From positions 416,001-480,000 of the forward strand of contig CAWJGT010000025.1 of the NCBI GenBank assembly GCA_963842525.1: a stretch of DNA of 64,000 bases, written 5' to 3'. The notes under the pieces were generated by a model, which saw only the letters and a program-made list of their open reading frames with translations, had not been told where the DNA came from and did no database searches. This document shows, in pieces, positions 1 through 9,654 of this stretch (the first letter of the stretch is position 1; every line of letters begins with the position of its first letter). A program made the translations under genes and the position numbers. The stretch comes from an uncultured Holophagales bacterium. GTDB taxonomy: Bacteria; Acidobacteriota; Thermoanaerobaculia; Multivoradales; UBA5704.

Positions 1-1
1 C

Positions 2-109
2 CTGGGCGTCGCGGAAGGGACTCTTCGCGTGCGCGTCCTGCGCTGCCGCGAGAAGGCCGTCGCCCTGCGCACCGAGCTTCCTGGCCGGCCCGGCGGCACC
101 CCGCCGTAA
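2..109 (+). CDS. ECF-type RNA polymerase sigma factor, C-terminal end (partial, region 4)
   Basis: Frame 2 reads LGVAEGTLRVRVLRCREKAVAL, a sigma region 4.2-like HTH, directly upstream of a zf-HC2 anti-sigma gene. If GAGCTTC at 74-80 is an insertion error, the stop would move to 134. Confidence 0.7.
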   Translation: MGVAEGTLRVRVLRCREKAVALRTELPGRPGGTPP

Positions 110-176
110 CGCGGCGAGCCGTAATCGCGCCTAAACTGGGCGAGTGGTTTGCTTGTCTTCTGGAGGTGGGTGTCCA

Positions 177-1202
177 ATGAATTGCGCACGATCCATCGAG
201 CTCTTACCCTGGCTCCTCAATGGGACCCTGGATCCCGACGAGCGCCAAGAGGTCCTGGAGCACCTGGGGGGATGTGAAAATTGCCGCCAGGCACTGGCCG
301 ACACCCGGCTGGCCTGGCAGGTCTTCGACCAGCATCTCCCCTCCGAAGCCCTTGTCGCCCTTGCCTGGGATGAGATGTCGGCCAGTGTGGCCGGCGTCGA
401 TCCCGCCCTGGCCGAGCTCCACCTGGCCACCTGTCCCGAATGTGCCGCCGAGCTCGAGCTGGCGCGCACCAGCCGGCGTCTCGAAGAGGACGACCGGATC
501 GCCGTGCTGACCCCGAGGACACGCCCGTCCCCGCCGGCCGGCCGGACCTCCTTCACCGGCTGGCGCGCGGCAGCGCTGGCCGCCGGCCTAGCGGGGGTGG
601 TGGCCTCCGCGGGCTGGCTCCAGACCGCACAGCGCGCCCGTTCCCTCGAAGACGAGCTGGCCCGCCGGCCGGCCGCGACCGCTGCGCCCGTGGAGCCCCG
701 ACCGTCCGACCCAGCTCCGTCCAGCCCCACGACGGGTGGTGCCGCGGACCAGGTGGCCGCGCTGGAGAAGAGGCTCGGGGAGATGCGGCAGACGACGGCC
801 GCGCTCCAGCAGCGGGAGAGCGAGCTGCGCAGTCAGTTGGCTCAGGGGGATCGCGGCGGTCCCCAGCTCAACACCTACGTGACGGACCTCTTTCCGCTCG
901 CCGCCATCGTGCGCGGCGCAGAGGCCGAGGCGCCCAAGCTCCCGGCGCATCTTGATGCGACGCTGCTCCTGTCGCCGGATCCACAGAAAAAGCCCTATCC
1001 CGCCTACGATCTCGAGATCCTGGACGCGAGCGGGAAGGCCATGTGGTCCGTCCCGGGGCTCCGCCGCGACGAGAGGTCCGGAGGCTACAACGTCTCCCTC
1101 CCCAAGGGCTCCCTGCGGCCAGGCACCTACACGATCCAGGTCTACGGCCGGAGCGGAGCCGCACGCGAGCCGGCGGAGAGGTATCAGATCCGGGTGGAGT
1201 AG
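177..1202 (+). CDS. zf-HC2 anti-sigma factor with two HxxxCxxC motifs, TM helix, coiled coil and C-terminal beta domain
   Basis: MNCARSIELLPWLLNGTL..HLGGCENC and HLATCPEC; TM segment AAALAAGLAGVVASAGWL; GGAGG RBS before ATG 177. Confidence 0.85.
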   Translation: MNCARSIELLPWLLNGTLDPDERQEVLEHLGGCENCRQALADTRLAWQVFDQHLPSEALVALAWDEMSASVAGVDPALAELHLATCPECAAELELARTSRRLEEDDRIAVLTPRTRPSPPAGRTSFTGWRAAALAAGLAGVVASAGWLQTAQRARSLEDELARRPAATAAPVEPRPSDPAPSSPTTGGAADQVAALEKRLGEMRQTTAALQQRESELRSQLAQGDRGGPQLNTYVTDLFPLAAIVRGAEAEAPKLPAHLDATLLLSPDPQKKPYPAYDLEILDASGKAMWSVPGLRRDERSGGYNVSLPKGSLRPGTYTIQVYGRSGAAREPAERYQIRVE

Positions 1203-1990
1203 GCGCCGTGGATGCGCCGCGTCTCCGGGTCCTGGAGGAACGCGGCCACTCCCAGGTCGCTCACCTTCCACCGCTTGTCGAGCCCGAGGACGATCTCGCC
1301 GGAGCGCCGAGCTCCGGCCGTCCCGGGCAGGGTGAAGACCTTCTCCAGGCGCCGCACCACGTAGTCGTTGTGCAGCGTGCGGGAGGCGTTCTCCCCGGAG
1401 CCGACCGGCGTCACGAGCCCGGTCTGGAAGACGGCCACCCAGACGTCCAGGTCGCGCGGCGCGGCGGCCCGGGCGAGAGCGGCTCCGACCTTGACCCGCA
1501 GGTGCCCCTCGGGGCTCGGAGGCTCTACGGCCAGCGTCACCCGGCCGGCCGGCGGCGCGGCGAGCGCGTCGCCGATCCGCTTCAGGACCTCCCGCTCCTG
1601 CGAGCCCACGCAGTGGGTGGCGCCGCCGACCACGAGCTGCGGCGTATAGATGCGGTTGCTGCGGAAGGCCCTGGCATAGTCCTTCTGCCGCTGCGACCAG
1701 CGCGGCGAGGCGAACGGGTCCTGCCAGCCGATGTAGTCCCAGTAGTCGACGTGGAACGCCAGGGGGATCACCTTGCCGGCGAGCTTGGGATCGCGCGCCA
1801 GCCGCGACAGCAGCCGGTCGGCCGGCGGGCAGCTCGAGCACCCCTGGGACGTGAACAGCTCGACCATCATCGGGCTCTGTGAGCCGTCCGCGGCAGGCGT
1901 GGGGCCGTCTGAGGAGAAGCTCGGGAGGAAGAGCACCAGGGCCAGGACTGGGAGCAGGGCGGCGGGGAGGAGCATGGGGTGGAGCCTCAT
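1184..1990 (-). CDS. DUF1223 family secreted thioredoxin-like protein
   Basis: Signal peptide; VELFTSQGCSSCPPAD, HVDYWDYIGWQDPFA and YTPQ motifs. Confidence 0.9.
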   Translation of the reverse strand: MRLHPMLLPAALLPVLALVLFLPSFSSDGPTPAADGSQSPMMVELFTSQGCSSCPPADRLLSRLARDPKLAGKVIPLAFHVDYWDYIGWQDPFASPRWSQRQKDYARAFRSNRIYTPQLVVGGATHCVGSQEREVLKRIGDALAAPPAGRVTLAVEPPSPEGHLRVKVGAALARAAAPRDLDVWVAVFQTGLVTPVGSGENASRTLHNDYVVRRLEKVFTLPGTAGARRSGEIVLGLDKRWKVSDLGVAAFLQDPETRRIHGAYSTRI

Positions 1991-2003
1991 GCCCCATGGT
2001 ACG

Positions 2004-3932
2004 TCACTCGAAGGGCGGATAGTTTTCGAACCACTGCTTCGGGCGGAGGATCTTCCAGTCCCGCTTGTCTCCCGCGACCTCCAGGCCCACGTCGAGGTTG
2101 CCGTAGCTCGCGTAGAGGACGCCGCGCGTGTGCGCGTCCTCGATCCGCAGGCGGCCGAGCACCTGCGCCTTGCCCCCGGCGGCGATCGCCAGGTCGTCCA
2201 CCGCCACGAGCTGGTCGCCGACGACCACCCGCGCCGTGCCGCCGGCGCCTTTGAGGTTCAGCAGGTCGTCGACCCAGCCCAGCAGGCGGCTCTTCCCCTC
2301 GGGGGCGACCAGGGCGAAGAGCGGGCGCGGATTGCTCAACGTGGTCTCCACCTGCGCGCGCAGGAAGACCGGCTCGCCCGGCGTGATCACCGCGCGGTCG
2401 AGGTGCGCGCGCGCCCACCAGGGCGGCGGGAGCGGACCGGGGAGCGGGCTCGAGAGGAGCCGCACGTCCGTCAGCTCGAAGTCGGTCCCCGAGATGTCGA
2501 AGTCCTTGGCGTCCAGATCGGCCCGCAGGAGCCGGGTGTGGAGCCCCAGGTTCCCCCGCAGGCGCCGGCCGTTGAAGAGCGCGCCCACGCCGCGGGCGGT
2601 GAGGCGCATCTCCCCCGATCCCCGCCAGTCCGGAGCCGCGGCGGCGAAACGGGCGCTCATCCGGCCCGAGCCCGAGGTCAGCGCCATGCCGGACTTCTGC
2701 GGCAGATACGCGTTGTAGAACCGCAGATCGGCCACCTCCGCCTGCGGCATGTCGATGGCGAACCGCTTGGGCGTGAACCAGCTTCCCAGGCGCGGCGCCT
2801 CGCTGGCCGCCGTGATGCGCAGGCCCTTGCCGCGTACATGCGCCGTGCCGAAGCCGCGGCGCTCCAGGCGGAAGTCGTCGAAGGCGAGAGCCAGCCTTCC
2901 TTCGACGTCTTCGCCCGCGCTGCCCGCCCCGCCCGCAGACACCACCTCCCAGAGGGCCGCACCGATCCCCTGCACCCGGTAGTCGAGGAAGCCCACGGCG
3001 ATCCCGTTCGGACGCGCCTCCAGCCGGCTCCCCGCGAGGATCTGCCCGCGCTGGATCCGCAGGTTGGCGGCGAGCCGGCCCGGCCCGACCTCCAGATCCA
3101 CCCACCGGGTCTTCTGGAAGAGCAGGTCGAGAAAATCGAGGCTCTTCACCCGGCCGTCCACGTCCGCCCGCCCGCTGGCGAACCGGAAGACGTCCCAGCC
3201 CTTGAAGCGGACCGGTGAGAAGGTCGTGATCCGGCCGTCGATCCGGCCGCGCGCATCGAGGAGGACCGGGATCGCCTGCGGCCCGGCGCCGAGCGACAGC
3301 CCGCCGGCGGCCACCTCCAGCCGGGTCGGATCGACCTCCAGCCGCTCACGCACCGAGAGGTCGAACCCGCCGGCGACCCGGGCCCTGCCGGCGAAGCGGT
3401 ACTCCTCGATCCAGACCTCGCGGACCTCGTCGAGCTCCACCCCGCGGAAGCGGATGTGCCAGGGCCGGCGCCTGGGTCCCCGCGGATAGATCGCCTCGGG
3501 CTTGGGGTCGGGCGGGTTCGTGAGCCCGGGGATCGGCGGATAGAGGTCCGGCCGGCCCGGCCGGCTGCGCGGCGGCACGTCGAGCCGGCGGCGGAGGCGG
3601 AACGAGGTCCCGCTGCCGTGGAGCCCGGCGACCCGGAGCTCGCGGTCGCGCAGGCCCAGGAAATCCATCTCGATGGTGCCGCGGTCGACCGCCAGCCACC
3701 ATTGGAACGCCCGGCTCTGGCTCCGTACCTGGAACCCCCGGACGTGCACCACCCCGGGCCAGGCCGTCCAGGCGGACTCCCAGACCATCCTCATCCGCTC
3801 GGGCCGGCGGTTCATCAGCCGGTCGAGCCCGCCATGGCGGAGATACCAGTTCCCGCCGATCACGTAGATCGGATAGAGAGCCGCCACGCCCACAGAAAGG
3901 GCGAGCAGGAGCCTGAGGAGAAATCGCTTCAT
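2004..3932 (-). CDS. Membrane-anchored beta-strand-rich hypothetical protein (possibly AsmA/TamB-like)
   Basis: Start MKRFLLRLLLALSVGVAALY (N-terminal anchor); long run of amphipathic beta segments; family assignment is inference. Confidence 0.6.
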   Translation of the reverse strand: MKRFLLRLLLALSVGVAALYPIYVIGGNWYLRHGGLDRLMNRRPERMRMVWESAWTAWPGVVHVRGFQVRSQSRAFQWWLAVDRGTIEMDFLGLRDRELRVAGLHGSGTSFRLRRRLDVPPRSRPGRPDLYPPIPGLTNPPDPKPEAIYPRGPRRRPWHIRFRGVELDEVREVWIEEYRFAGRARVAGGFDLSVRERLEVDPTRLEVAAGGLSLGAGPQAIPVLLDARGRIDGRITTFSPVRFKGWDVFRFASGRADVDGRVKSLDFLDLLFQKTRWVDLEVGPGRLAANLRIQRGQILAGSRLEARPNGIAVGFLDYRVQGIGAALWEVVSAGGAGSAGEDVEGRLALAFDDFRLERRGFGTAHVRGKGLRITAASEAPRLGSWFTPKRFAIDMPQAEVADLRFYNAYLPQKSGMALTSGSGRMSARFAAAAPDWRGSGEMRLTARGVGALFNGRRLRGNLGLHTRLLRADLDAKDFDISGTDFELTDVRLLSSPLPGPLPPPWWARAHLDRAVITPGEPVFLRAQVETTLSNPRPLFALVAPEGKSRLLGWVDDLLNLKGAGGTARVVVGDQLVAVDDLAIAAGGKAQVLGRLRIEDAHTRGVLYASYGNLDVGLEVAGDKRDWKILRPKQWFENYPPFE

Positions 3933-4005
3933 AATAGATACCGAGCTGTTGGAGCTCGCGGACCTGCCCTTCAGCCTGCGAGACTCGTGCCGGGCATTCC
4001 CCGCC

Positions 4006-4021
4006 TGGTACCTCCCTTGCA
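4006..4021 (+). promoter_or_regulatory. Putative sigma54 -24/-12 promoter of the EF-hand gene
   Basis: TGGTACCTCCCTTGCA = GG-N10-GC, 50 bp upstream of ATG 4072. Confidence 0.6.
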
Positions 4022-4071
4022 CCCCTGGTCTTTGAAGCCCGCAGGTCCGCGGGCATGGGTAGGAGGCTCCG

Positions 4072-4672
4072 ATGCGACACCGAGACCGAATCCTCTTCAT
4101 CTTCCTGCTACCGCTGGCGCTTGCCGCGCAGGACGAGCCCCGGCCCAATCCGCAGGCATCCGGTGGTGAGGACAAGAACCCTTATGCCGAGCGCTTCGAG
4201 CAGTTGGACCGCGACCGGGACGGCTACGTCTCGCGCGGCGAATGGCCGCTCGATGCTGCCAGCTTCGACCGTGTCGACCGGAACCGGGACGGGCGCCTGG
4301 GCCGGAACGAGCTCCCTGACGCCGAACGACCTCCCTGTCGACCCCGTGGCCGACGAGTTCCAGGGGCTGGACACCAACCGGGACGGCTGCCTGAGCTGGA
4401 GTGAGTGGCAGCGCGGCCTTAACGGCCCCGAGCGGCAGGGCCGCAACGTCGGCGGGCCCAGCACGCGCCGCGAGACTGGCATCGGAGTGCGGAACCGCGA
4501 GAACACCTGGAATCCCGGCGCCTCTCTCCAGGACCAACGCCGCTTCCAGCACCTCGACCGCAACCGCGACAACCGCCTGAGCCGCGTCGAATGGACCGGC
4601 TCGCGAGCCGCCTTCGACCGTCTCGATCGCAACCAGGACGGCGCCCTCAGCCCGAACGAGTGGCAGCGGTAA
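4072..4672 (+). CDS. Secreted multi-EF-hand calcium-binding protein, frameshifted near 4315 (probable sequencing indel)
   Basis: Signal peptide and repeated DxNxDG loops (DRDRDGY, DRNRDGR, DTNRDGC, DRNRDNR, DRNQDGA) split over ORFs 4072..4404 and 4055..4672; removing one C at GAGCTCCC joins them as NELLTPND. Confidence 0.8.
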
Positions 4673-4693
4673 GGGAGGCGTTCCGGCGTCCGG

Positions 4694-4908
4694 CGGTTCA
4701 CCGACCGGGTCGAGGAGAGCGGCATCACCTTCATTCACCAGATCGTGGACGACGCCGGGAAGACCTACAAGGCGGCCCACTACGACCATGGCAACGGCGT
4801 CGCCGCGACAACCATTATTGGGAGAACCAGGGCGGCCTGCGCCGCGAGCGGTGCCTGGCTCTCTACCAGAGCGGACAGCCCTGCCGGGCACCGGGAGGGC
4901 GGGGATGA
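4694..4908 (+). pseudogene. Remnant of a CRTAC1/ASPIC-UnbV (FG-GAP) family gene
   Basis: Startless frame RFTDRVEESGITFIHQIVDDAGKTYKAAHYDHGNGVAA, then DNHYWENQGG in another frame; resembles N-terminal and internal motifs of CRTAC1-like proteins. Confidence 0.5.
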
Positions 4909-4955
4909 GGCTGTTCGATGAAAGACTAGGCCCGCGCCGGCGATCCGGCGATCCC

Positions 4956-5050
4956 GCCCGGCGATGAATCGCCGGGCTAGGAACAGCGCCCCATGAATGG
5001 GGCTTGAAGCCGGGTTCACCCGGCGCTAGCCCGGGCATTCATGCCCGGGC
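4956..5050. repeat. Cluster of four REP-like palindromes (TGAA/TTCA-loop family)
   Basis: GCCCGGCGATGAATCGCCGGGC, GCCCCATGAATGGGGC, GCCGGGTTCACCCGGC and GCCCGGGCATTCATGCCCGGGC in an intergenic position. Confidence 0.8.
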
Positions 5051-5089
5051 GGGGCAGGGCGCCATATTCGTATCAAGGTCCAGACATTG

Positions 5090-8000
5090 ATGAGACTCCA
5101 TCGCTTCCTCCTCCCCCTGATCGCCGTTGCGGCACTGGCCCTTGCAGTGAGCGCCCAGCCGCCGGCCACCCCGCCGGCTCCATCTCCCGGACCTCCACCC
5201 GAGGCAGCCGTCGCGCTGCGCAACCTCGGTCTCGCGCAGCTCGAAAACGACCAGCCGGCCGAAGCCGAGGCCACCTTCCGCCAGCTCGCCGGGCTCGTGC
5301 CGGCCGATCCGCTCCCCTTCGCCGGTCTGGCCGTGGCGGCTCTCCGGCAGCAGAAGGCGGAGGAGGCGCTCGCGTCGATCGGCCAAGCGCAGGAGAAGGC
5401 GCCCGGCCGGGGCGATCTTTGGCGGATCCGCGGCGACGTGCTCCAGGGCCTCGACAGGGCCGAAGAGGCGCTCGCCGCCTACCGCAAGGCGGTCGAGGCC
5501 GATCCCAAGGACGTCGAGGCCTGGTACTCGCTCTACCGCACGGCGCAGATCGTCGGAGAGGCGGGAGACCAGGCCGCGGCCGATGCCCTCCGCGAGCTGG
5601 CCCGCCTGCGTCCCGAGAACCTGCTCGTCCTCCTCCAGGCGGGGCAGCGGGCCATCCGGGCCGGCGACCGGGCCGGGGCGACCCAGGCATTCCTGCGCGT
5701 CCGGGAGGTCATCGGAGAGCCTCCGGCGGCGGCAGCCACCGGCCTCCAGCAGGTGCTCGCGGCGCTGGAGGGCGAAGATCCGTCCGCGGCCCGCGGCCCG
5801 GCGGCGCGTCTGGAGAACGTCCTCAAGCCGACGCCTCTCTATCAACAGGGCCTGCGCGAGCTGTCGCCGATAGCGCAGGGCACCCCTGTCGAACGCTTCG
5901 TTCAGGAGCCTCCGGTGGATCGCTTTGGCGACCCACTGCCGGTGCGGTTCCGCGGCGCTTCCCTCGCTCCGGGGCCGACCGCAGGCCGGGCGCTTGCCTT
6001 GGGAGACTTCGACGGCGACGAGCGGACCGATCTCGCCCGGGTGCTGGCCGGCGAGGCCTCGCGGCTGGAAATCCGGCGCGCGGCGGCCGGTTGGAAGGAA
6101 GACGAGGGCCGGGCGCCGCTCCCCGCCGCCGGGATCGACGGCCTGCTGGCCGCCGACCTCGACAACGACGGCAAGCTCGACCTGATCGGCTACGGTCCCG
6201 AGCGCGTGGCCTTCTGGCGCGGCCGGGGCGACGGGAGCTTCGAGGATGCCACGGCCGCTGCCGGGCTGGGCACGGCCGGAGGCGTGGCCGGCGTCCTCGA
6301 CTTCGACATCGAGGGGGACCTCGACCTGGTGATCGTCGGAGGAAAGACCGGACCGGTCGAGATCTTCCGCAACTCCCTCATCGGACCGCTCACCCCGATC
6401 GGCAGCACGGCGTTCCCGCCCGGCTTCAAACCCGCCGGGGTGCGCGCGGTGACGGCGAGCGACCTGGACCGCGACGGCGACCTCGACCTGGTCCTCGCCG
6501 GGGAGGGCGGCCTCGCCTGGCTCGACAACCTGCGCCAGGGTCGCTTCGCCGACCGCACCGCCGCCGGTGGCCTCGCCGGGAGCGGGGCCATCACCGAGGT
6601 CGTCAGCGCTGACCTCGACGACGACGGCATCCCCGACCTGGTCGCCGCCGGGGACGGTCTCGTAGCCTGGCACAACCGGGACGGGCGTTTCGAGCCCTGG
6701 CCCCTTGCCGGCTTCGACGAAAAGAAGAAAATTCTGGATCTCCTTGCCTTTGACGCCGACAACGACGGCCGGCTCGATCTGGCCGCAGCCGGTGCGGACG
6801 GCGTCGTGGTCCTCGGCCGCCGGGGCGAGCGCGACCGGCTCACCTTCGAGCGGCTAGCCGTCGAGGCCGGGCCTCCGGGCGTTGCGGCGCTCGCCGCGGG
6901 CGATCTGGACGACGACGGCGACCTCGACCTGGTGACGGCCGGTACGGCGGGCCTCCATCGCCTCGAGAACCTGGACGGCAACCGCAACCACTGGCTGGAC
7001 GTGCGCCTCCGGGCCCTGACTCAGGGGAGCGGCAAGAACAACCTCCAGGGAATCGGCTCGGTCCTGGAGGTGCGCGCGGGCGCCGCCTACCAGTTCCGCG
7101 AGGCCGCCGGCGGCGTCACCCACTTCGGCCTCGGCCGTGTCCGCCAGCCCGACGCGCTGCGGGTGGTCTGGCCCAACGGCGTGCCGCAGGACCGCCTCCG
7201 CCCCCAGGGGAACCAGCGGATCGTGGAGGAGCAGGTCCTCAAGGGGAGCTGCCCCTTCCTCTATGCCTGGGACGGCCGACGCTTCGCCTTCGTCACCGAC
7301 CTCCTGTGGAACGCGCCCCTCGGCCTGCCCGTGGCCGAAGGGGTCTATGCCGGCTCGCAGCCCGACGAGCTCGTGCGGGTGGACGGCGCCCGGCCCTCGA
7401 ACGGCGTTTACGACCTGCGCGTCACCGAGGAGCTATGGGAGGCCGCCTGGTTCGACGGCGTCCGGCTCTGGGTGGTGGACCACCAGGACGGCGTCGAGGT
7501 GGCGAGCAGCCTGCGGGTGCTGCCGGGCGAGAAGCACCCTCCATCGACCGACCGCCTGCTCGCCAGCCGCGGCGTTCGAGCCGTGACTGCGGCCTGGGAC
7601 GGCGCGGGTGCCGATGCCACCGCCCGTGTCCGCGAGCGCGACGAGGTCTATGCATCGGGCTATCCGCCGGGCCCGTTCCAGGGCGTCGCGGCCCGGCCCT
7701 GGACCTTCACTTTCGACCTCGGCGCGGCACCGGCCGGCCCGGTCCGGCTCCACCTCGACGGCTGGATCTTCCCGGCCGATGCCAGCCTCAACCTGGCGGC
7801 GGCCCAGCGCCGCGACCTGGCCTATGCCGCCCCGCGCCTGGAAGTGGAGACCGCAAACGGCTGGCGAGTGCTCGTCGCGGCCATGGGCCACCCGGCCGGC
7901 AAGACGAAGACCATGGTCGTGGACACGCCGCCGCTGCCACCCGGAGCGCGGCGTCTGCGCATCGTCTCGACCCTCTGGCTCGCCTGGGACCGCATCGCCT

Positions 8001-8497
8001 GGACCGACACGCCGGCGGACAACGAGCCGGTCGTCCGTGCCCGCTTGGCGCCCTCCACCGCCGGGCTGCGCTATCGAGGCTTCTCCACGCTGGTCCGCCG
8101 GGCCCCCAACGCCCCGCACTCCTACGACTACGAGAGGGCGACTCGCGAGTCCCCCTGGCTGCCCTTCCCCGGCCGCTACACCCGCTACGGCGACGTCCGC
8201 GAGCTGCTCGAGGAGCCCGACGACCGTTCGGTCATCCTCGCTCCGGGCGACGAGATCGCCCTCGCCTTCGACGCCTCGGACCTGCCGCCGGTCCCGTCCG
8301 GCTGGCGCCGCACCGTCTTCCTGGAAAGCCACGGCTGGGACAAGGACGCCGACCGCAACACCTGGGAGGCGCGGCAGGTGGAGCCCCTCCCCTTCCGCGC
8401 CATGACCGGCTACCCGTACGGTCCAGGCGAAAGCTATCCGGACACCCCGTTCCACCGCGACTACGTGGCGCGGTGGCTCACGCGGACTGTGAGGTAG
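5090..8497 (+). CDS. Secreted TPR + FG-GAP/VCBS repeat + ASPIC/UnbV domain protein
   Basis: Signal peptide; TPR helices; many DxDxDGxxD loops (GDFDGDERTD, ADLDNDGKLD, DLDRDGDLD); HFGLG..VVWPNG; GSCPFLYAWDG C-terminal domain. Confidence 0.9.
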   Translation: MRLHRFLLPLIAVAALALAVSAQPPATPPAPSPGPPPEAAVALRNLGLAQLENDQPAEAEATFRQLAGLVPADPLPFAGLAVAALRQQKAEEALASIGQAQEKAPGRGDLWRIRGDVLQGLDRAEEALAAYRKAVEADPKDVEAWYSLYRTAQIVGEAGDQAAADALRELARLRPENLLVLLQAGQRAIRAGDRAGATQAFLRVREVIGEPPAAAATGLQQVLAALEGEDPSAARGPAARLENVLKPTPLYQQGLRELSPIAQGTPVERFVQEPPVDRFGDPLPVRFRGASLAPGPTAGRALALGDFDGDERTDLARVLAGEASRLEIRRAAAGWKEDEGRAPLPAAGIDGLLAADLDNDGKLDLIGYGPERVAFWRGRGDGSFEDATAAAGLGTAGGVAGVLDFDIEGDLDLVIVGGKTGPVEIFRNSLIGPLTPIGSTAFPPGFKPAGVRAVTASDLDRDGDLDLVLAGEGGLAWLDNLRQGRFADRTAAGGLAGSGAITEVVSADLDDDGIPDLVAAGDGLVAWHNRDGRFEPWPLAGFDEKKKILDLLAFDADNDGRLDLAAAGADGVVVLGRRGERDRLTFERLAVEAGPPGVAALAAGDLDDDGDLDLVTAGTAGLHRLENLDGNRNHWLDVRLRALTQGSGKNNLQGIGSVLEVRAGAAYQFREAAGGVTHFGLGRVRQPDALRVVWPNGVPQDRLRPQGNQRIVEEQVLKGSCPFLYAWDGRRFAFVTDLLWNAPLGLPVAEGVYAGSQPDELVRVDGARPSNGVYDLRVTEELWEAAWFDGVRLWVVDHQDGVEVASSLRVLPGEKHPPSTDRLLASRGVRAVTAAWDGAGADATARVRERDEVYASGYPPGPFQGVAARPWTFTFDLGAAPAGPVRLHLDGWIFPADASLNLAAAQRRDLAYAAPRLEVETANGWRVLVAAMGHPAGKTKTMVVDTPPLPPGARRLRIVSTLWLAWDRIAWTDTPADNEPVVRARLAPSTAGLRYRGFSTLVRRAPNAPHSYDYERATRESPWLPFPGRYTRYGDVRELLEEPDDRSVILAPGDEIALAFDASDLPPVPSGWRRTVFLESHGWDKDADRNTWEARQVEPLPFRAMTGYPYGPGESYPDTPFHRDYVARWLTRTVR

Positions 8498-9581
8498 GCC
8501 GCCGCACCAGTTGCCCGCAGGCCCCCTGCACGTCCCGGCCGCGGCTGCGGCGCACGGTGACGAAGCAGCCGTGCTGGTGGAGGCGTGTAGCGAAGGCCTG
8601 GATGCGCTCTTCCGCCGGCTCGTGGAAGGGCGCGTGGGCGTGCTCGTTCATCGGGATCAGGTTGACGTTGTGGCGGCGCCGCAGGTCCCCGAGCCAGTCG
8701 ACCAGGCGGTCGGCGTCCTCCTCCGTGTCGTTGACCCCGGCCAGGAGCACGTACTCGAAGATGAAGCGCTCGTGGCGCTTGGGCTGCCAGGTGTCGAGGG
8801 CCTGGCGTAGCCGGGCAAGGTTCCAGGCCCGGTTGACCGGCATGGTGGCGGAGCGCGCCGCGTCGGTCGTTGCGTTCAGTGAGACCGCGAGCTGCGGCCG
8901 CGGGTCCATCCGTGCCAGCCGCTCGATGCCCGAGACCAGTCCGGCGGTGCTCACCGTGATCCGCCCCGGCGAGAGCAGCGACCCCTCGGGATGGCAGAGG
9001 ACGGTGATGGCGCGGTGGACATGGTCGAGGTTGTGGAGCGGCTCGCCCATGCCCATGAAGACCAGGTAGAGGAACTCGCCGCGCTGCGGCCCCATCTCGC
9101 GCATCAGGGTGAGGACCTGGCCGACGATCTCGCCCGCCGTGAGGTTGCGCACGATGCCCATCGCGCCGGTGGCGCAGAAGGTGCAGCCCAGGGCACACCC
9201 GACCTGGCTCGACACGCAATAGGTGATCCGCGAGTCTCCTTCCCCGCGGGGCATGTGAACGGCCTCGATGCGATGCCCATCCGTGAGCCCCAGCACCAGC
9301 TTCGTGGAGCCGTCTTCCGAAGGGTGGCGCTCCAGGATCGTGGGCAGCGAGAGGTTGGCGTTGGCGTCGAGCCAGGCGCGGATCTCGCGCGACAGGAACA
9401 GGCTTTCCGGACGCCAGGTACGGACCCGCTGAAGCCGTGCGAACACATGCTCCGGGCGGCCGGGGCATCCCTGGGCTGCGAGGTCCTCGGGCAGCAGGGT
9501 CCAGGCCGAAGGCGGGCCTTCCCGTTCGGGCGCCCGGCGGTCCCAGGGCATGGCGGGGGCGGTGGAGACGGCGGCCGGCAT
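8478..9581 (-). CDS. rlmN: 23S rRNA (adenine(2503)-C2)-methyltransferase, radical SAM
   Basis: CVSSQVGCALGCTFCATG, FMGMGEPLHN, EYVLLAGVND, GACGQL. Confidence 0.92.
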   Translation of the reverse strand: MPAAVSTAPAMPWDRRAPEREGPPSAWTLLPEDLAAQGCPGRPEHVFARLQRVRTWRPESLFLSREIRAWLDANANLSLPTILERHPSEDGSTKLVLGLTDGHRIEAVHMPRGEGDSRITYCVSSQVGCALGCTFCATGAMGIVRNLTAGEIVGQVLTLMREMGPQRGEFLYLVFMGMGEPLHNLDHVHRAITVLCHPEGSLLSPGRITVSTAGLVSGIERLARMDPRPQLAVSLNATTDAARSATMPVNRAWNLARLRQALDTWQPKRHERFIFEYVLLAGVNDTEEDADRLVDWLGDLRRRHNVNLIPMNEHAHAPFHEPAEERIQAFATRLHQHGCFVTVRRSRGRDVQGACGQLVRRPTSQSA

Positions 9582-9618
9582 CCCGCGGAGTGTAACTCTA
9601 AGCGAGGGCGCGCCCAAT

Positions 9619-9642
9619 CGCCCAGGGTGTGAACCCTGGGCG
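9619..9642. repeat. REP-like palindrome
   Basis: CGCCCAGGGTGTGAACCCTGGGCG, intergenic. Confidence 0.6.
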
Positions 9643-9654
9643 CCTGGGCGAGGG

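Noticed and set aside
8478-9581. Cfr-type resistance methyltransferase
   Set aside because: Motifs and chromosomal context fit RlmN; no mobile context. A phylogeny would be decisive
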